From: Gnetum montanum
Lineage: Eukaryota > Plantae > Gnetophyta
Direction: 5' to 3'
DNA length: 64,000 nucleotides
NCBI GenBank assembly: GCA_015680685.1
Contig: MNCI01002748.1
Span: 5,854 to 69,853, forward strand
Positions 27,701-41,582 of the stretch are shown here, one piece after another. The notes below the pieces were generated by a model. The model was not told where the DNA came from. It ran no database searches and worked only from the letters and a program-made list of their open reading frames with translations. The position numbers and the translations under genes were made by a program. How positions within the stretch are numbered: the stretch's first letter is position 1; every line of letters begins with the position of its first letter.

Positions 27701-27784
27701 TGATGTTTTGGCTACATGGTTTTTGTGTTTTATTTGGCTATCATAGTTTTAAAAGCCATGTATTGTATACTACTTGTTACAACC

Positions 27785-28700
27785 TTATAACAATAGGTAC
27801 TTGGAACAGAAGATAATGAGACAAGTAATGGAATTACCCTCATCATTATACTTGGTAAAATGAGGGATTGGGATGCTTTTAGGAAGATTTATCTATGTGA
27901 AGATTGAACTAATGGGGTCATCTTGGTAAATGTCTATAATTTTTACAATTTGAGTAGTGTTGAATTTGAGCTTTTGCAACTCCTTAGTAAGGTTTTGGAT
28001 CCTCTGCAAGGCTTTATCCAAGCCTTGTGGGGCTCCTACAAGCTACACTAATGACTAGATAAATGGTTGAATAATTTAGGATTGTAAAATAGGCAACAGT
28101 ATGGAATGGAGAGGTCGTGTGACTACCATTGTAAGGGGATTGAACTTGGATAATGATGTTTGAACTGGAGAGGTTGTGTGACTACCATTGCACATGAAAA
28201 ACAAATGGAATATTAGGAACAAATGAGTTATGAGAAAGATGTGGAACCTGAGGTCCCAAAGTGGGACCAGCCAAAACTTTGAAATTTTGTGACATAGAAG
28301 AGGTTACTAGTGAAGGTTGAGGATCAATGATGAAAGGGGTTGAGGTGAGCAAAGAAATAAATAAAGAAGCAGGTTTTGAAACTTGGTTTGTGCAGGTCAT
28401 AGGAGGTACTTGGTTTATTATAGAGATAGGAGGCACAGAGTTGAACATGATTATTTCTAGGACATATCACTATAAAAGGTCTCCTAAGTATGTATCTATC
28501 TCATAATAAGCCCTAAACTCATCTTGCTCCTCTTGGTCTTGCTCTAGGCTAACCTCCTCACTTACTTTAACCTCATCATCAACATCTACTAGTTGTGCCA
28601 CAATGTGTTCATAAGGTTTTGTCAACTCAATATGGTCATAGGGGGAGGGAATGCACTTGTTCCCACTCATGTGGATAACTTCAAACTAGTGTTTAGAGTC
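27785..28700 (-). mobile_element. gag N-terminal remnant, probably of the Tat-clade element
   Basis: Minus-strand PHFTKYNDEGNSITCLIIFC resembles the P-x-F-x-K-Y-x-G-x-x-D-P-x-x-H-L start of the gag capsid. It is preceded by a Pro/Ser-rich linker (ORFs 28182-28448 and 28470-28670). Confidence 0.55.
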
Positions 28701-29179
28701 TAGCTCTTTGCGAGGGATATGTAAGCCAGCTTGTATCCTCACATAAATGAAATTGTAATAACCCTCGTTAATGCTCATATATAGGGGATTTTGGCAGACA
28801 TGCCTAAGATTTTGATGATGTTCAAAAATGGTTTGGTCTTTGGGGTTATAGATGCAAGCAAAGTTCTAGTTTGAGGCCATGTCGACAATGTTCTTAGGCA
28901 ATATGTTAGAAACAAAAGGCATAAAATAGTGTAGATTTGAGGTGTTAGATGGATGTGAATAGGTTTAAATAGCTCAAATGTATAATTGTATGTAGAACTA
29001 TAACTACATAAATGTGGAACAATTTGTAGTACAGATACTGTTACAGTGCAACAACTACAACAATGTAGATGTGAAATAAAATGTAGTGTAAATGTAAAAT
29101 TCAGTTTAAATAAGAAAAAATTTGTAAAACTGTAAATGCAAAAAAAGAAAAAAATTACATTGAACTACAAATATAATAA

Positions 29180-30074
29180 TGATGAGCAGCGAGGTACCCC
29201 TACGCCCAACCATACGAATCATGAGCATTCACACGCGACTCGGTTGAATTCCATAGACTATAAGCACTTGCATACACCAAACTTTAACCAGAAAAACCAT
29301 ATGTTAGAATGGTCATTGTCTTCCCAACCTCACTTGTGATGTTCTAATGCAATGGTTAAGTGAGATTGAGGCAAATGATTTTTATTGTTTTTATTTTCAT
29401 CTTCCAAGATCTAATTCTTGAAATGTAAGAAATGGAATGTTGTGTAATCTATAATTGTTCTACTCTATCTCTTAACTCTGCCTAGTATAAGGAATCGATC
29501 CCATCTTTTGTACACATCTTGAGCATCCCCTAACCACTACTGGGTTACTAGGCGTTAAGCGTCACTAGGTTGCCAAGTGTTGGGTTTATGTTCGAGACAG
29601 TCGTACTTATGGTTCTTACAAAATATAAAAGAGCAATAATGGTAAAGTGATAACAATGAAGACTTAAGAAATTATTAAAGCATTGGAATATTAAACTATT
29701 TGAATGCTTAAATAATTAAATCTAAATGCTACAAGGAATGCTTAAAAAGATCATTTTTATCACCAGTCACGCCAATGGGCTTAGGTACATTAGCGCTTGA
29801 ATAAAGAGCCGTACACCTTTCTCACACCTACTGTAGGTACTTGGAAAATATTCTAACTCTTACAGGAACAAACTGCAAGAGTTTCACTAGGACTACTCAA
29901 AAAGATGCCTAAGTGTGGTGGGTGCACACTTATTTATAGCTAAAGATAAACTCTGTGTAAATGAGGCCCAGTTGACGCATGGATGGATACATCGACGAGG
30001 CCATGTCAATGCAGCCTTGTCGACGGGGCTCTGTCAATGTGGCCCAATCGATGCATCAACTAAACACTTCATCA
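29180..30074 (-). repeat. 3' LTR of element B
   Basis: Direct repeat of 41583-42463, about 90% identical by eye. Confidence 0.93.
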
Positions 30075-30234
30075 CACCCCCACGACTGTGTGAAAACTCA
30101 CCCTTGAGTTTATTACAATTTGGAAGGTACGAAGTTATTACAACACACATGACAAGACATATCTTGATAGACACTAACTTTATTAACATACCAAGTGCCT
30201 GGGTGTATGGAAAAGGATGAATTACAAAATGGTG

Positions 30235-33169
30235 GTGTTTAGAGACAAAATTGAACACCCTAACAACAATAGACTCTCCACTGTGCTGAAAAATGCTAAA
30301 GTTGCTAGAGAAGGTCACACCATCCCTAGTGGCGATGGTTCTGACAGGCCTTCACTAGCCTCTAGCGCATGTCGCAATTGTGGTGAGGAAGATGGTTGTC
30401 CTGCAGCAGCTACAACTTCCAGAGGCAATTGAAAAGCCTCCAACAATGCCCTCATTTTCTCTTCTTTGCTTTTGGGATCGTTCGCTATCCAAGTAGCTTC
30501 ACCAATGTGTGTTAGAATTGGAACATCCCAAGGGCATGGAAGTGCAGGATAGAGTTCTTTTAAATTGACAAACTAGGCAACAAACTATTTTTGTTTGATA
30601 TTGAACACTTGGATTGATGTCCACAGCTGCTGGTAGTCATTCATCTATCGAGCCAAGTCCTCTGTGACCACATGTTGTCCTTCAAAACGAGTGTGGAGAA
30701 CCTCGAGTTCCACATTTTCTATTTCTAACTTTTGTTTTGTTACTTTATGCAGTTGGAACTCACCCTTGTATAAAGAATACGAGGTGCTACCTGCTTCTCC
30801 AGGTTAGACCATGGCCTTCCAGCTGTTAGCATAGCTAGGTTTGCATAATGAAGATTGGCTAACTCCATGTATTCTATCATTTCTTCAATTTGTAGCTCCT
30901 TGAGGCGAATCTCAGTCTGGTTGTAGGCATTTAATCCATCAAAGATGGGTTGCCACACCTTGCCTCCTTCTCGGAGCTGCTAGAGCACTTGGTTCATTTT
31001 GGCCTTTGCGATTTGAATCTCTTTTTCATTTACTTCTTTTTGCAATCCCACTTGGTCTCTATAGTGATTTTTAACTCTTTCAAACTTAAGGGATTCATTT
31101 TTCCAAGTGGTGATTTTGATAGCTTATTTCTATCGCAAGGCTCGAACTTCCTCCATAGATAGATTACAATTTTTAGTAGCCAATCTCCTCACATCAATGT
31201 TCACCCTGGCTAGCTCCTCCTGCTGTTAGTGGATGAAGTCTTTCATGTGTTGATTTTCAACACTAACATTGCACAGGTGATGAAATTCTATGGTCAACCT
31301 AACATTCTCCTGATGAACCTCTACCAAGTCCTTATTTAGATGCTATGCATGAGAATTTTTTAAGGACTTGTCAAAGATCGCTGACTCTCGTTCATCCTCA
31401 ACCATCTAAAGTTTGGTTTGAAATTGTTGAAAAGCTTCATCTCTGGTGAGTCTACGATTGAGGAGAGGTAGATCAACAAGTTGGACCCTTAATTAGGCAA
31501 CTTCCACCGCCAAGCATTGACAATCTACTTGTGCTACTTCAAGTTTCTCCTCTAAGATGAGACACTTGCCCTCTACTGAGAATAGCTCCGATTGGGTCAC
31601 AGTAATGTTGTCCAAAAGATCAAAGACATCTGGAAGTAGTTGCGTGGTTCCCACCAGTCGATCCAACAACTCTTCATGTTAGGCTACATTGATTTTGCTA
31701 TGTGAAGTTCCTACAGACGTCTATACATCTTCAAGTCCATGTACATTCAGCACAGGTGTCGTGTGTGCATTAATGGTTGTAGCAATTGTATCAGCAACCA
31801 CTTCAACCACAACTTCTTGTCCTTGGTGTTGCATTACCAGGATAGTCACCCCCTCCTGATCCTTCAAGCATACTGAAAAAGCAATGGCATTTCCTAAAAT
31901 TTTAGGAAATAATTATTGGGTGGACACTAGTACTTCTTGAACACTAGTATTAGTTCTTGCAGGTACTTGTGTTTGGGTGATAGAAAACATCAACCCTACT
32001 CCCTCTAGTAGACTCACCGATCAAGCCACTTGCTCAAGATGGCTCATTGCAGGGCGATAGATTGAAGGGTCTTCTCCTCCACTGGTTCCAACAAATCGCT
32101 CTTGTTGGCTCAAGAGCGACTGTCGAATCTCGCGTATGTGTTCTACAATTGTCTATGAGCCCAAGCTTGTTGTTTGTGTAGACGGTGGAGGTGGTTGCTG
32201 CTCTTCCTTGATTCGTGTTATGGCTGGAGTCTTATCCTTCATCATCTCCCACCACGAGGTAATTGGGACGTGTAGGAGTGTGTCATTGGTATATCATGCT
32301 ATCCCTACCCATTTGCACAGTTTCCTGATTAAGCAGGGAAAGGGTAAAGCTCACCTTCCACGTTCGCTTTCAATGAACCTTTTCTCAATCTCTAGGAATA
32401 GCAACTGTGGAAGGTTAATTGGAAATTTCCTACTTAGAGCAGCACATGAACGAGTAGAGAAGGTAGTGATCTTGCTAGGTCTTACCATTGGATTCAAGTG
32501 GTAAGACATGATTTTTGATTCTGCCCTCTCTATGGTGGTTAAAGTGCCAAAGTCCTTGTGCTCTATCCCATAGCACCGTCTGATCCACTCCCCTTTCACC
32601 TTGGGATCTTCTTGTTTGGGAATCTCCATCACATTAGCTTTGATCTCTGGCAACCCCAGAGCTTGTGAAATTACTTTTGTAGAGTAAGAGACATGAATGT
32701 CTTTGATTCTCACTCTAGACCTTGGTTGTCGATTCGTCCAGAAGAGGTAAGTCTCTCCTAGGTACCATTCACCACTGGATGTAATGATTGGCCACATAGG
32801 AGAATTTTGCAATTGAGCCTTAACTTCATCTGGTGCATTCTCTAGAAATGGTTCAAAGTTTAACTCTTGTAGGATCATTCGTTGCAGCTCCCTTGACTTA
32901 ATAATGTCAAGACATGCCTAGGTCAGGGTGACCTCAAGCCATGGCGCTACCACCAAAGTCTCATCCGTTCATAATTATTTGTTGGGGATTTCCTCTTCAG
33001 GAATCTGATTAATAGATTCCATGTTAGGTCCTTCACAGAGGGGGCTAGTTGTGTGTGAGCCCTCCACATGCTCTGGATGCCATGCACCTCATCCTCTTCC
33101 CATTCTTGGTCACGTGTCCCTTGGTTGGGATGGTCCTTCTCCCCTTGGATGCCTTGGTTTGGGTTCCAT
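30235..33169 (-). pseudogene. decayed ORF2 (env-position accessory ORF, ~2.9 kb) of element B
   Basis: ATG at 33169. The longest intact piece is 32351-32878 (175 aa), followed by coiled-coil-rich remnants. Colinear with ORF2 of A. Confidence 0.78.
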
Positions 33170-35214
33170 CTGCATTCATAGCATAACCATGAATTAAAAT
33201 GTGCATAAGTTGCTCAAAATGGCAATCATACACCTTCTCATTTTAACCAAGTTATGATAATGGCATGTGTATCCCATTAGATTTCCCAGAGTGTTGTTGA
33301 GGGTTTTGAGAAAAAATAATAAGTTATGAGTTGAAATTTAGAGTGTTGTTTTTCTTTTTTTCTTGTCTATCCCCTAAGAGGTATTAAGTATTTAATAATT
33401 ATAATGATTATAGACCTCACCCCCCCCCCCCCCCCCCCCCCCCACGATGAAGAGCATACCTCTGGTTGCAAAAGAGTAGGACATGCGGTAGAAAAAGTAG
33501 GTGCGTGGGAAGAAGAGGGAATGCAGAAAAATGGAAAAACTCCCTTAGCTTGTGTTCACAAATGGACAAAATTCATAACTGCAATGGGGATATATATAGA
33601 CTTTTAATGCTGTGTCGATGGGGCCATATATACGAGGCTGTGTATACGCAGGGGGCTACATATATGAGGCCTCGTCAATGCAGGGTGCATAGAATGTTGA
33701 CCAGCATTGACCAATGAAGAAAAAGCCCAAATCATTAAATTGGAACACAAAGGTGGGGTGGTTTAAGAGCAGAGAGACTAGGGAATTAGCTGATAGAAAG
33801 AGGAAGGTAGATTGTCTTGGAAAGAAGAGTCAAAGGTTGGAGAATGTCTTGAGATGGAACTCTGTAGAGAAGGGCTTTTACGATGGTTAGTGCAAAAATA
33901 ATCAACCAACAATATCAAGGGGATAGGAGACTAACAAACAGAACTAAAGGATATGCAAGTGGGTCCTCCCCATAGCACGTAGTAGCCTTGGTAGCCCTTG
34001 CATATCGTCAACAGTGGAGTTTGTGGGCCCCATAGTCAACGAATGGTAATCGTGAGTTAATACTCACATCCATGAGAACCCACTGAAGCATTAGGAGTTC
34101 ACGCAAATCATGACAAATAATCAAAACATAAAACTGGCAATGAGGTGAGTCATGGAGAGACATGGGTGAAGAGAGAGGAGTGGGAAATGGAAGTCTTATT
34201 GTTGGTCACATGAAATCCCGAGTGAAGGTTGTGGTTAAGTCACATGGTAGGAGCCATCCCCAGTTTAGACCCAAAACCAACCTCATACAGTGACATTGCA
34301 GCAACATTCGAAGACTCATCCATCCCCTGGAGTACCAGGATGCACCCAAAAATAACCACCACATCAACATGAGTGAGAGAGAGGAAGTGAAAAAGGGGCT
34401 AAGTTAGAGGGGATGAAGAAAGTCCCATAACTAGTGCTTGTAGCCCATTAGATGCAGTCTAAGGGGTGTGCTTTGAATTCTGATGTTTGTTTGTTTTATT
34501 TTTTTTTCAATGGGAACCACACCATGTAAAGACCCATGCATTTTCGCATGCATTTGGCCAAGGGGTGTGCTTTGAATCCTCATATTTTTTTCTCTTCTTT
34601 TTTTTTCGATGAGGACGACACCATGCAAGGCCAAACTACCAAGGAACTTCTGATTAGGAGAAAACTTGGAGTGGTAAGAAATCCATAAGGATACTTTCAC
34701 AAACCAGGGAATAGAAAAAGTATGAAGAATGCTGCATTCCCCTTGAAGCCACACCCTATGCAAACCATTAGGTCCTCCTCAAGGCTGGGAACTACACAAG
34801 TTACAAATTAATTAAAGTGTTTTTAATTGAAAGGGATTTGCATGTTTCCAAAAGAAGGAAAACCATGGAGTGGATGAATGGGTGGATGACGTGGACTCAC
34901 TGCCTATTTTTATGAAATGAAAGTATACTGCACTTCCTAGAACAACAATGTGAGGGGGGGAGCTAGATATAACAAGTGGACCATATTACACAACCCATCG
35001 CAATGAGAAACAACCGCACTAGTGCATCTGATGACAATAAGATGACTTATTAGTGAAACAACTGGAAATTAAGCACACACACACACACATGTAAAAATAA
35101 ACAACCAAAAAGAGAGGTAAATAAAGAAAGAAAAACTAAGCAAGAATGGGCAAACATACGAATGACGTTGTAAAACAAAAAAAAGTTTCAAAAACAGTGA
35201 GGAGTTGAGTAGAG

Positions 35215-38200
35215 TAGGTTAGCATGGGTGATGATCTCCCCCACAACTAAGATAGAAAGAGGAAACCCGAAAAATTGAATGAGGTTGTCCCTGTGATGAT
35301 ATGGTAGTAACACTGGGTTGGTGGAGTTCATAGAAAATTTTTAATTATTGCCTATTGACTAACTGTGTTTTTGTGGGATCCTCAAGTTTGTGTATAAGCA
35401 AGGCCTCAAATGGGAAGGTTTCAGAAATAATATAAGGCCCCTCCCATAGTGTTTGAAACTTAGTACATTACGGTACATGTGTGGGGTTTTAGTAGAGTAC
35501 CTTATCTCCACATTGAAATGTTACCTTCCAAATCCTAAGATCATGACGTTTTTGATTATAGGCCTTGTGTATCTCATTTGATGACAAGGCTTCTAGTCGA
35601 TTCTCATCTAGCACATTCAAGTTGATAAGTTGTTCTTGTTGTGCTGGTGATAGGTCAAGACCTAAGTCACTAGTCATGGATAGTGTTCGGAGTTCTGTCT
35701 AGACTGGAAGTTTCGATAGTTTCCCATACACTAACTTGTAAGGAGAGTAACCTATAGGAAGTTTCCATGTGGAGCGATAGGCCTAGAGGGCATCGTTAAG
35801 CTTTGTGCTCCAATCTCTCCTATATTTGCTAATGGTCCTGGTGAGGATTTTGGTAATCTCCCTATTGGTGACCTTGGCTTGCTCGTTGGCTTGGGGGTGA
35901 TAAGGTGTTGTAAATTTATGGTTGACCCCCAAATGTTGCATGAGTTTATGAAAAGTGGTACCTATGAAATGAGTTCCATTATCTGAGATGAGTGCACATG
36001 GCACTCCAAACCTATTCACAATTTGTTGTTGGATAAACCATGTGGCCGTGTTTGAGGAATAGTCGGTGATGGCTGCCACCTCAGCCCACTTAGTGTAGTA
36101 GTCTACAGTGACAATGATGTATGCCTTCCCATTGGACATGGGTGTGATGGGACCCATGAAATCGATGCCCCAAATATCAAAGGGTTCTAGTGGCTAGATC
36201 CACTGTTGAGGTCCCTCCATTTGTGCGGTCATCCCACCATCTCTCTGACATCGTTCATAGGAGCAACCCAACCATTGTGCATCTCTAAAGAGTGTAGGCC
36301 AGTAATATCCTGCAAGCAGGATCTTAATGGCCATGTGTTGTCTAGCATAGTGGCCCCCACAAGGGCCCTCATGAGCATCTTGAAGGACGTGAAGTATATC
36401 TTCATTAGGGACGCACCATCGAACCAAGCCGTCTGCACACACCTTATAAAGGTGTCTGTTGATTTCCATGAAGTGCTTGGCCTTGTGGAGAAACTGTTGT
36501 TTCTATCGATGATCCCACTCCTTTGGTAATTCTTAGGTTGTGAGATAGGTGAGGATGTGGCCAAACCAAGGTGATTCTTTGGGCATCTATGTATCGATTG
36601 CTCCAACGAAGAGGAGTTCATTTGGAAATTGGTTGGAGAGTCACTCCTTCTCTTCTACATTATCCCATCGCAACTGAGATAAGTAGTCAGCAACCACATT
36701 CTCAGTTCCCTTCCTGTCTACCATAGTAAGGTCAAATTCCTGAAGGATTATAAGCATTGTATGATACGAGGGCTCATTGTTGGTTTGTTCATCAAGAATC
36801 GGATGGCACTGTGGTCAATGTGTATGAACACCTTGTACCCGAGCACATAGTATTAGAATTTCTCCAAGGCGAACACCACCACCATTAATTTCTTTTCGGC
36901 GGTGGTGTAGTTAAGCTGAGCACCCACAATGTTGTGCCTTGCACAGTGGATATAATATGGGCATCTTTGGTCATCCAACTTTGTAAGCATGGCTCCCAAT
37001 GCATAGTTAGATGCATCCATCATGATATGAAAAGGTTTAGACCAGTCGGGTGCCTGTAGAATTGGAGTTTCTATGAGTTTTTGTTTAAGAGTTTAGAATG
37101 TAGATTCACATTCCCTAGTCCGGATAAATGGAACGTCTTTCTTTGTGAGTTCCACCAATAGCTTGGCGATCTTCGAGAAATTCTCAATGAAGCATTGGTA
37201 GTAACCAGTGTGGCCAAGGAATGATCGGACATCTTTTACAGTGCTTGGTTGACTGGTGATTCCTTGGATGGTCCTAATTTATTCAAGGTCTACACTAATC
37301 CCTACTTGTGAAATGCAATGCCCCAGAACAATGCCCTCTTGGACCATTAAGTGGCTCTTTTGCTAGTTAAGTCGTAGATTAGTTTCCACACATCTTTTCA
37401 GAACTTGCTCAAGGCGATCCAAGGCTTGTTCAAACATTGCTCCATAGGTAGAAAAGTCATCCATAAAGATTTCTACCCCATTGCCTATTTGTTTCTGAAA
37501 GATGCTAAGGACAAGGCATTGGAAAGTTGCAGGCACATTACACAAGCCAAAGGGCATCTTCTTCTATGTGAAAGTCCCCTAGGGACTTGTAAATGTTGTT
37601 TTGGCTTGGTCTTTAGGTGCAATTTAGATTTGGTTATAGCCACTATATCCATTTAAAAAGCTATAGTAACAATGCCCCATAATGGTATCCAACACTTGGT
37701 CCACAAATGGGAGTGGAAAGTGATCCTTAAAGGTAGCCATGTTTAGTAGTCAGAATCTATACAGATCCTCCATTTGCCATCCTTCTTTGGCACAATAATG
37801 AGTGGGCTAACCCATTTTCTATTTGTAATAGAATAGATGAACCCTGCTTTTAGCAACTACTCAATTTCATCCTTGACTACTTACTTCAGTTTGGGGTTCA
37901 ACCGCCTTTGTGGTTGTCATCGTGGCTTCATGGAGGGGTCGATATAAATCTAATGTTGGCATACCCTAGGATCAACTCCTATTAATTCAAGGTATGACCA
38001 CGCAAAAGCGGCCTCCCATTTTTTCACCATCTTAAGCAATTTCTCCTTCTGTTTAGGAGCAAGAGTGGCATTGATAATTACCGACTTGCCATTCTGTAAA
38101 AATGCATATTCCAAATTGGTCAATAAGGATTTGAGTTCCAGAGGCTTCTTTTTAAAACTTTTAGGGATTTTTAGCTTTCCCCAATCATCATTGTCATCAA

Positions 38201-41200
38201 CAGTGGAGACTTGTTGATGGACCCTTTCCAAATCATCCCTGCTCTCTATGTAGGCACATATAAGCCCCTCAGATGGTTCCATGCATAAAGTGCTACTATT
38301 AGAGTCAGCGGTCAACCACTGGGTGCCTTCTTGATTCATGGTTGCTACGTATAGGCATCATTGAACTAATGATTCTTTGGCACATCGACTACAGGCTTAC
38401 ATAGATGTCCTCTTAGTGGACCACAGTTACTGCACACAGTTGCACCTAGAGTCACTGTACACGATGCATGGAACACTCTTCTTCTCAATATTTCTAAAAG
38501 AATTTTCTTTTGAAATTTCAAGGAAAAGATCTTGAAGTCCTAATCGTGCATCCACCATGCTAAGCCAGTCTCTTCCCATTATGATTGGAAAATTTCCCTT
38601 ACAATTCTCAACACGAATGACCAAGAAATCTATAGGATAGGACCACCCACAAATAGTGGTCACAATATCTTCTACCAATCCTAAGGGAATAGTAATCAAT
38701 TGGTCTACCAGCCCGAGTTGAATTTTTCTTTTCTTCAACGGGGGCAGGTTCCAAGTCTTGTACATGTCATGTGAAATCAAGTTAATGCCTGACCCCAAAT
38801 CCAAAAGAGCTTTACATGGCTCATTTCTTACCACTTGAAGATAGATGAGGGGACTTCCCAGATCAATCAATTTTTGAGAAAGATGGCCTACCTTTATCCA
38901 ATCTATCACAGCGTGTGTGAGCATGACGGTTGATACCTTAGGAGGTGTTTGGTTTGAAGGTTGCTCGAAGGTTTGGATGGTGGAGGCGATTGGAGGTTCA
39001 TAGGAATTAGCCATAGGTGTGTGTGAGGGTATGTTTGGGTTATTAGGCTAGAAAAAGGGATGTTTCCATGGTGTCACTTCTAGTCCACTTGACTGAGAAG
39101 CCGGTTCTAAGTTGATAGCCCTCATAGCATTACGTTGTTGTGGCTGTGGTGGTATTTCTCCCTACATAGGTGGGGCAGGAGGTAGCTAAGTGGGGGATTG
39201 ATGCATAGGGATGGCAGGAGAAGGTAATGGAGGATAGTAGAGATGTGAGTTCTCCTCCCTAGGTGATGGAGACTATGTTCGAAAGTATTCCGAGGGGTAG
39301 TAATGGTTTTGAAATGTTGCATGACTAGAAGAGTCTCACAGGGAGACTGGTTGTTGAACATAGTACCCATAAGGATCTAGCTACTGGTAAGGGTACTACT
39401 GTCTTGGAGGTGGCATCCCCCACGATTATGGATGCTGCCATTGTTGAAAATATTCATAAGGTTGCGATGGTGCTCCACTTAGATAATAACCTTGTTGTTG
39501 GTGGAACTACCTGGGATTACCTTGTGGGTAAGGCAATCTTTGGGGTGTTTGCCTCTTTGCCAAGCAAGGATTCAATGCATACATCCCAAACTCTTGTAGA
39601 TGCAACACTACCAGACAACACCCCTTAGGATGTTCATATTGGCATATGTCACACCCATCATCATCTTCTGTATTAGAGTCTGCAACTTGTTCTACTATAG
39701 TAACTTTGCCCTTACGTTTATGGTAGACACGTTTAGGTTCCCTTCTCCTATGTCAGTCACGATCATTACTTTGCTCTTTGGACTCATTTGTGATTTTCAA
39801 AACACTTTGAAATTTTTCGTCCAAAAAGTCCCACATCTTGTCAACCTTTGTCGATATTTTAGAAGTAAATTTGTGTAGGGTCAAGGTTTTACGGTTCACC
39901 ACTACATCCAGTGGTGATTCTTCCTCATCTTCACAAAATCGGACTTCCCTCTTCTAGATGGAAGGGTCTTGATTATACTCTTCTGCACTTTCCTTTTTTC
40001 TTAGTTCCCCCTCTTCTTTAGCCACCTTCTCAATTGAGCACTGCAATTGATGAGCCCTTAGCTCTGATAGTCATACTTGAGCGTAAACACCAAGGGTCTT
40101 TCTAGTTTCAAAGCAGAGCCCATCTATGATATGGTGAAGCTATTCCTGCTAAGAATAGCCATGACTAGGACATCGATGTAACAATGAGTGGTATCTGCTC
40201 ATGGCTGCATCTAAGGGTTCATGACCACCTTGTTTCCACCCTTGGATCTGTCATCTCAAGTTAGCCACTTTGGAATAGGTTTGATACTTATCATTGAAAA
40301 TTTCCAGCATCGTACTCCATCTCCTAATTGATTCCGGCTCTAAAGACCGGTACCAGCTTTTCGCTTCTTTAACAAGTGTGTGGGGGAATAGCTTAAGTTT
40401 CTACCAATCATTATCTATGTTTTGCAGGGTGCAAGCGTCATGAAATGCTTGCAAGTGAGTTTGTGGATCACAATTATATCCCCCTTTAAATTTGGGGATG
40501 TTATTCATGTCAATGGGCTTGATCTAACTATCTTTTAAGTGCCTACTGGGTATTTGAACTGCCTCGGCTACATTAAGCATACTTCGAGTAGCCAACAGTG
40601 GTTCATCCAACTCATAATCCTATTGATGGCCACGATATCTATGACGATTTCGGCTGCCTCTCCTTTCTTGATGATGAGACTCACGTGATTGGTCACACAT
40701 TTCCTCACATCAATCCCTTTGGCCCTTGCAATTACCATCACCCTGATCCTTTCTACCATGGTTGCGATTGGAATCCGAACTGAGTGAGGATAAAGTGGAG
40801 TGAGAAGATGGAGAAGAGGGAGGGAAACCGCCACCATCTTAGTGTCAATCTCCTCCTCTACTCTGATGATGGCCTCGATCCTCATGTCCATCCTTGCCTT
40901 TACCACGATCTTTCTTGCATGACCCCCCATCATCATGGGGCTTCTGATCACTTGATTGCCTGCTTTGAATGATGGACTAAATGATCTAGTGCATCGGAGG
41001 AGGTTCAATTGAATGGGAATCGTGAAAGATAGGTTCCTCATTGTCATGCAGTTCTTGCAAGAATAAAGGATTACTGAACTATTTCCCCTTCATGTGTTCA
41101 TGATGTTCCACCTGTTGCCAGTCCCGTACACGTTGTGCCTCAGTTAGACGATAGTCCCGATAGTCATGATCCTTCATTACGTATTCCACACCACAGTCTT

Positions 41201-41417
41201 GAATGCCTAGTCTAGTAAGATTTTGAAGTAGCATTCCAGGAACCGATCGGTTAGGAGGTAATATGATGTTATCCTCCATGTCCCATCAACGCAGATCCTC
41301 ATCCTGATGTAGGATAAAGGTGAAGTTGGGGACATACTCATTCAAATGTGTGTATACCACCCGACATTCCTGCGGCACCGGTGGGTTGGATCCATCTTGC
41401 CTATGAGAAGAAGACAT
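35215..41417 (-). pseudogene. decayed gag-pol of element B
   Basis: ATG at 41417. Protease ALLDLGSGINLI (38427-39014); RT MPFGLCNVPATFQ...IFMDDFS (37363-37557); integrase zinc finger HEGPCGGH (36194-36469) and core (35783-36157). Confidence 0.92.
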
Positions 41418-41582
41418 TCTGGATGTTAGATAATCTACTAAACTGGTGTGCCTTATTCTTTACTTAAACAGCTTAGCATGTGTAGATTTCACTATCCTGG
41501 GTCTGTTCCAACGAAGTGAATGATAATCTTGCTAAGACTAGATAGCGCATATAAGACTAATAGTCCTCGACAATGGCGCCAA

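Noticed and set aside
28105-28190. 60-bp-period duplication GGAGAGGT(C/T)GTGTGACTACCATTG
   Set aside because: Local in-frame duplication within the low-complexity gag linker, unrelated to the 60-nt exon array.
29915-30432. Overlapping short ORFs at the LTR/ORF2 boundary of element B
   Set aside because: They span LTR and antisense ORF2 sequence and are not conserved as ORFs in element A.
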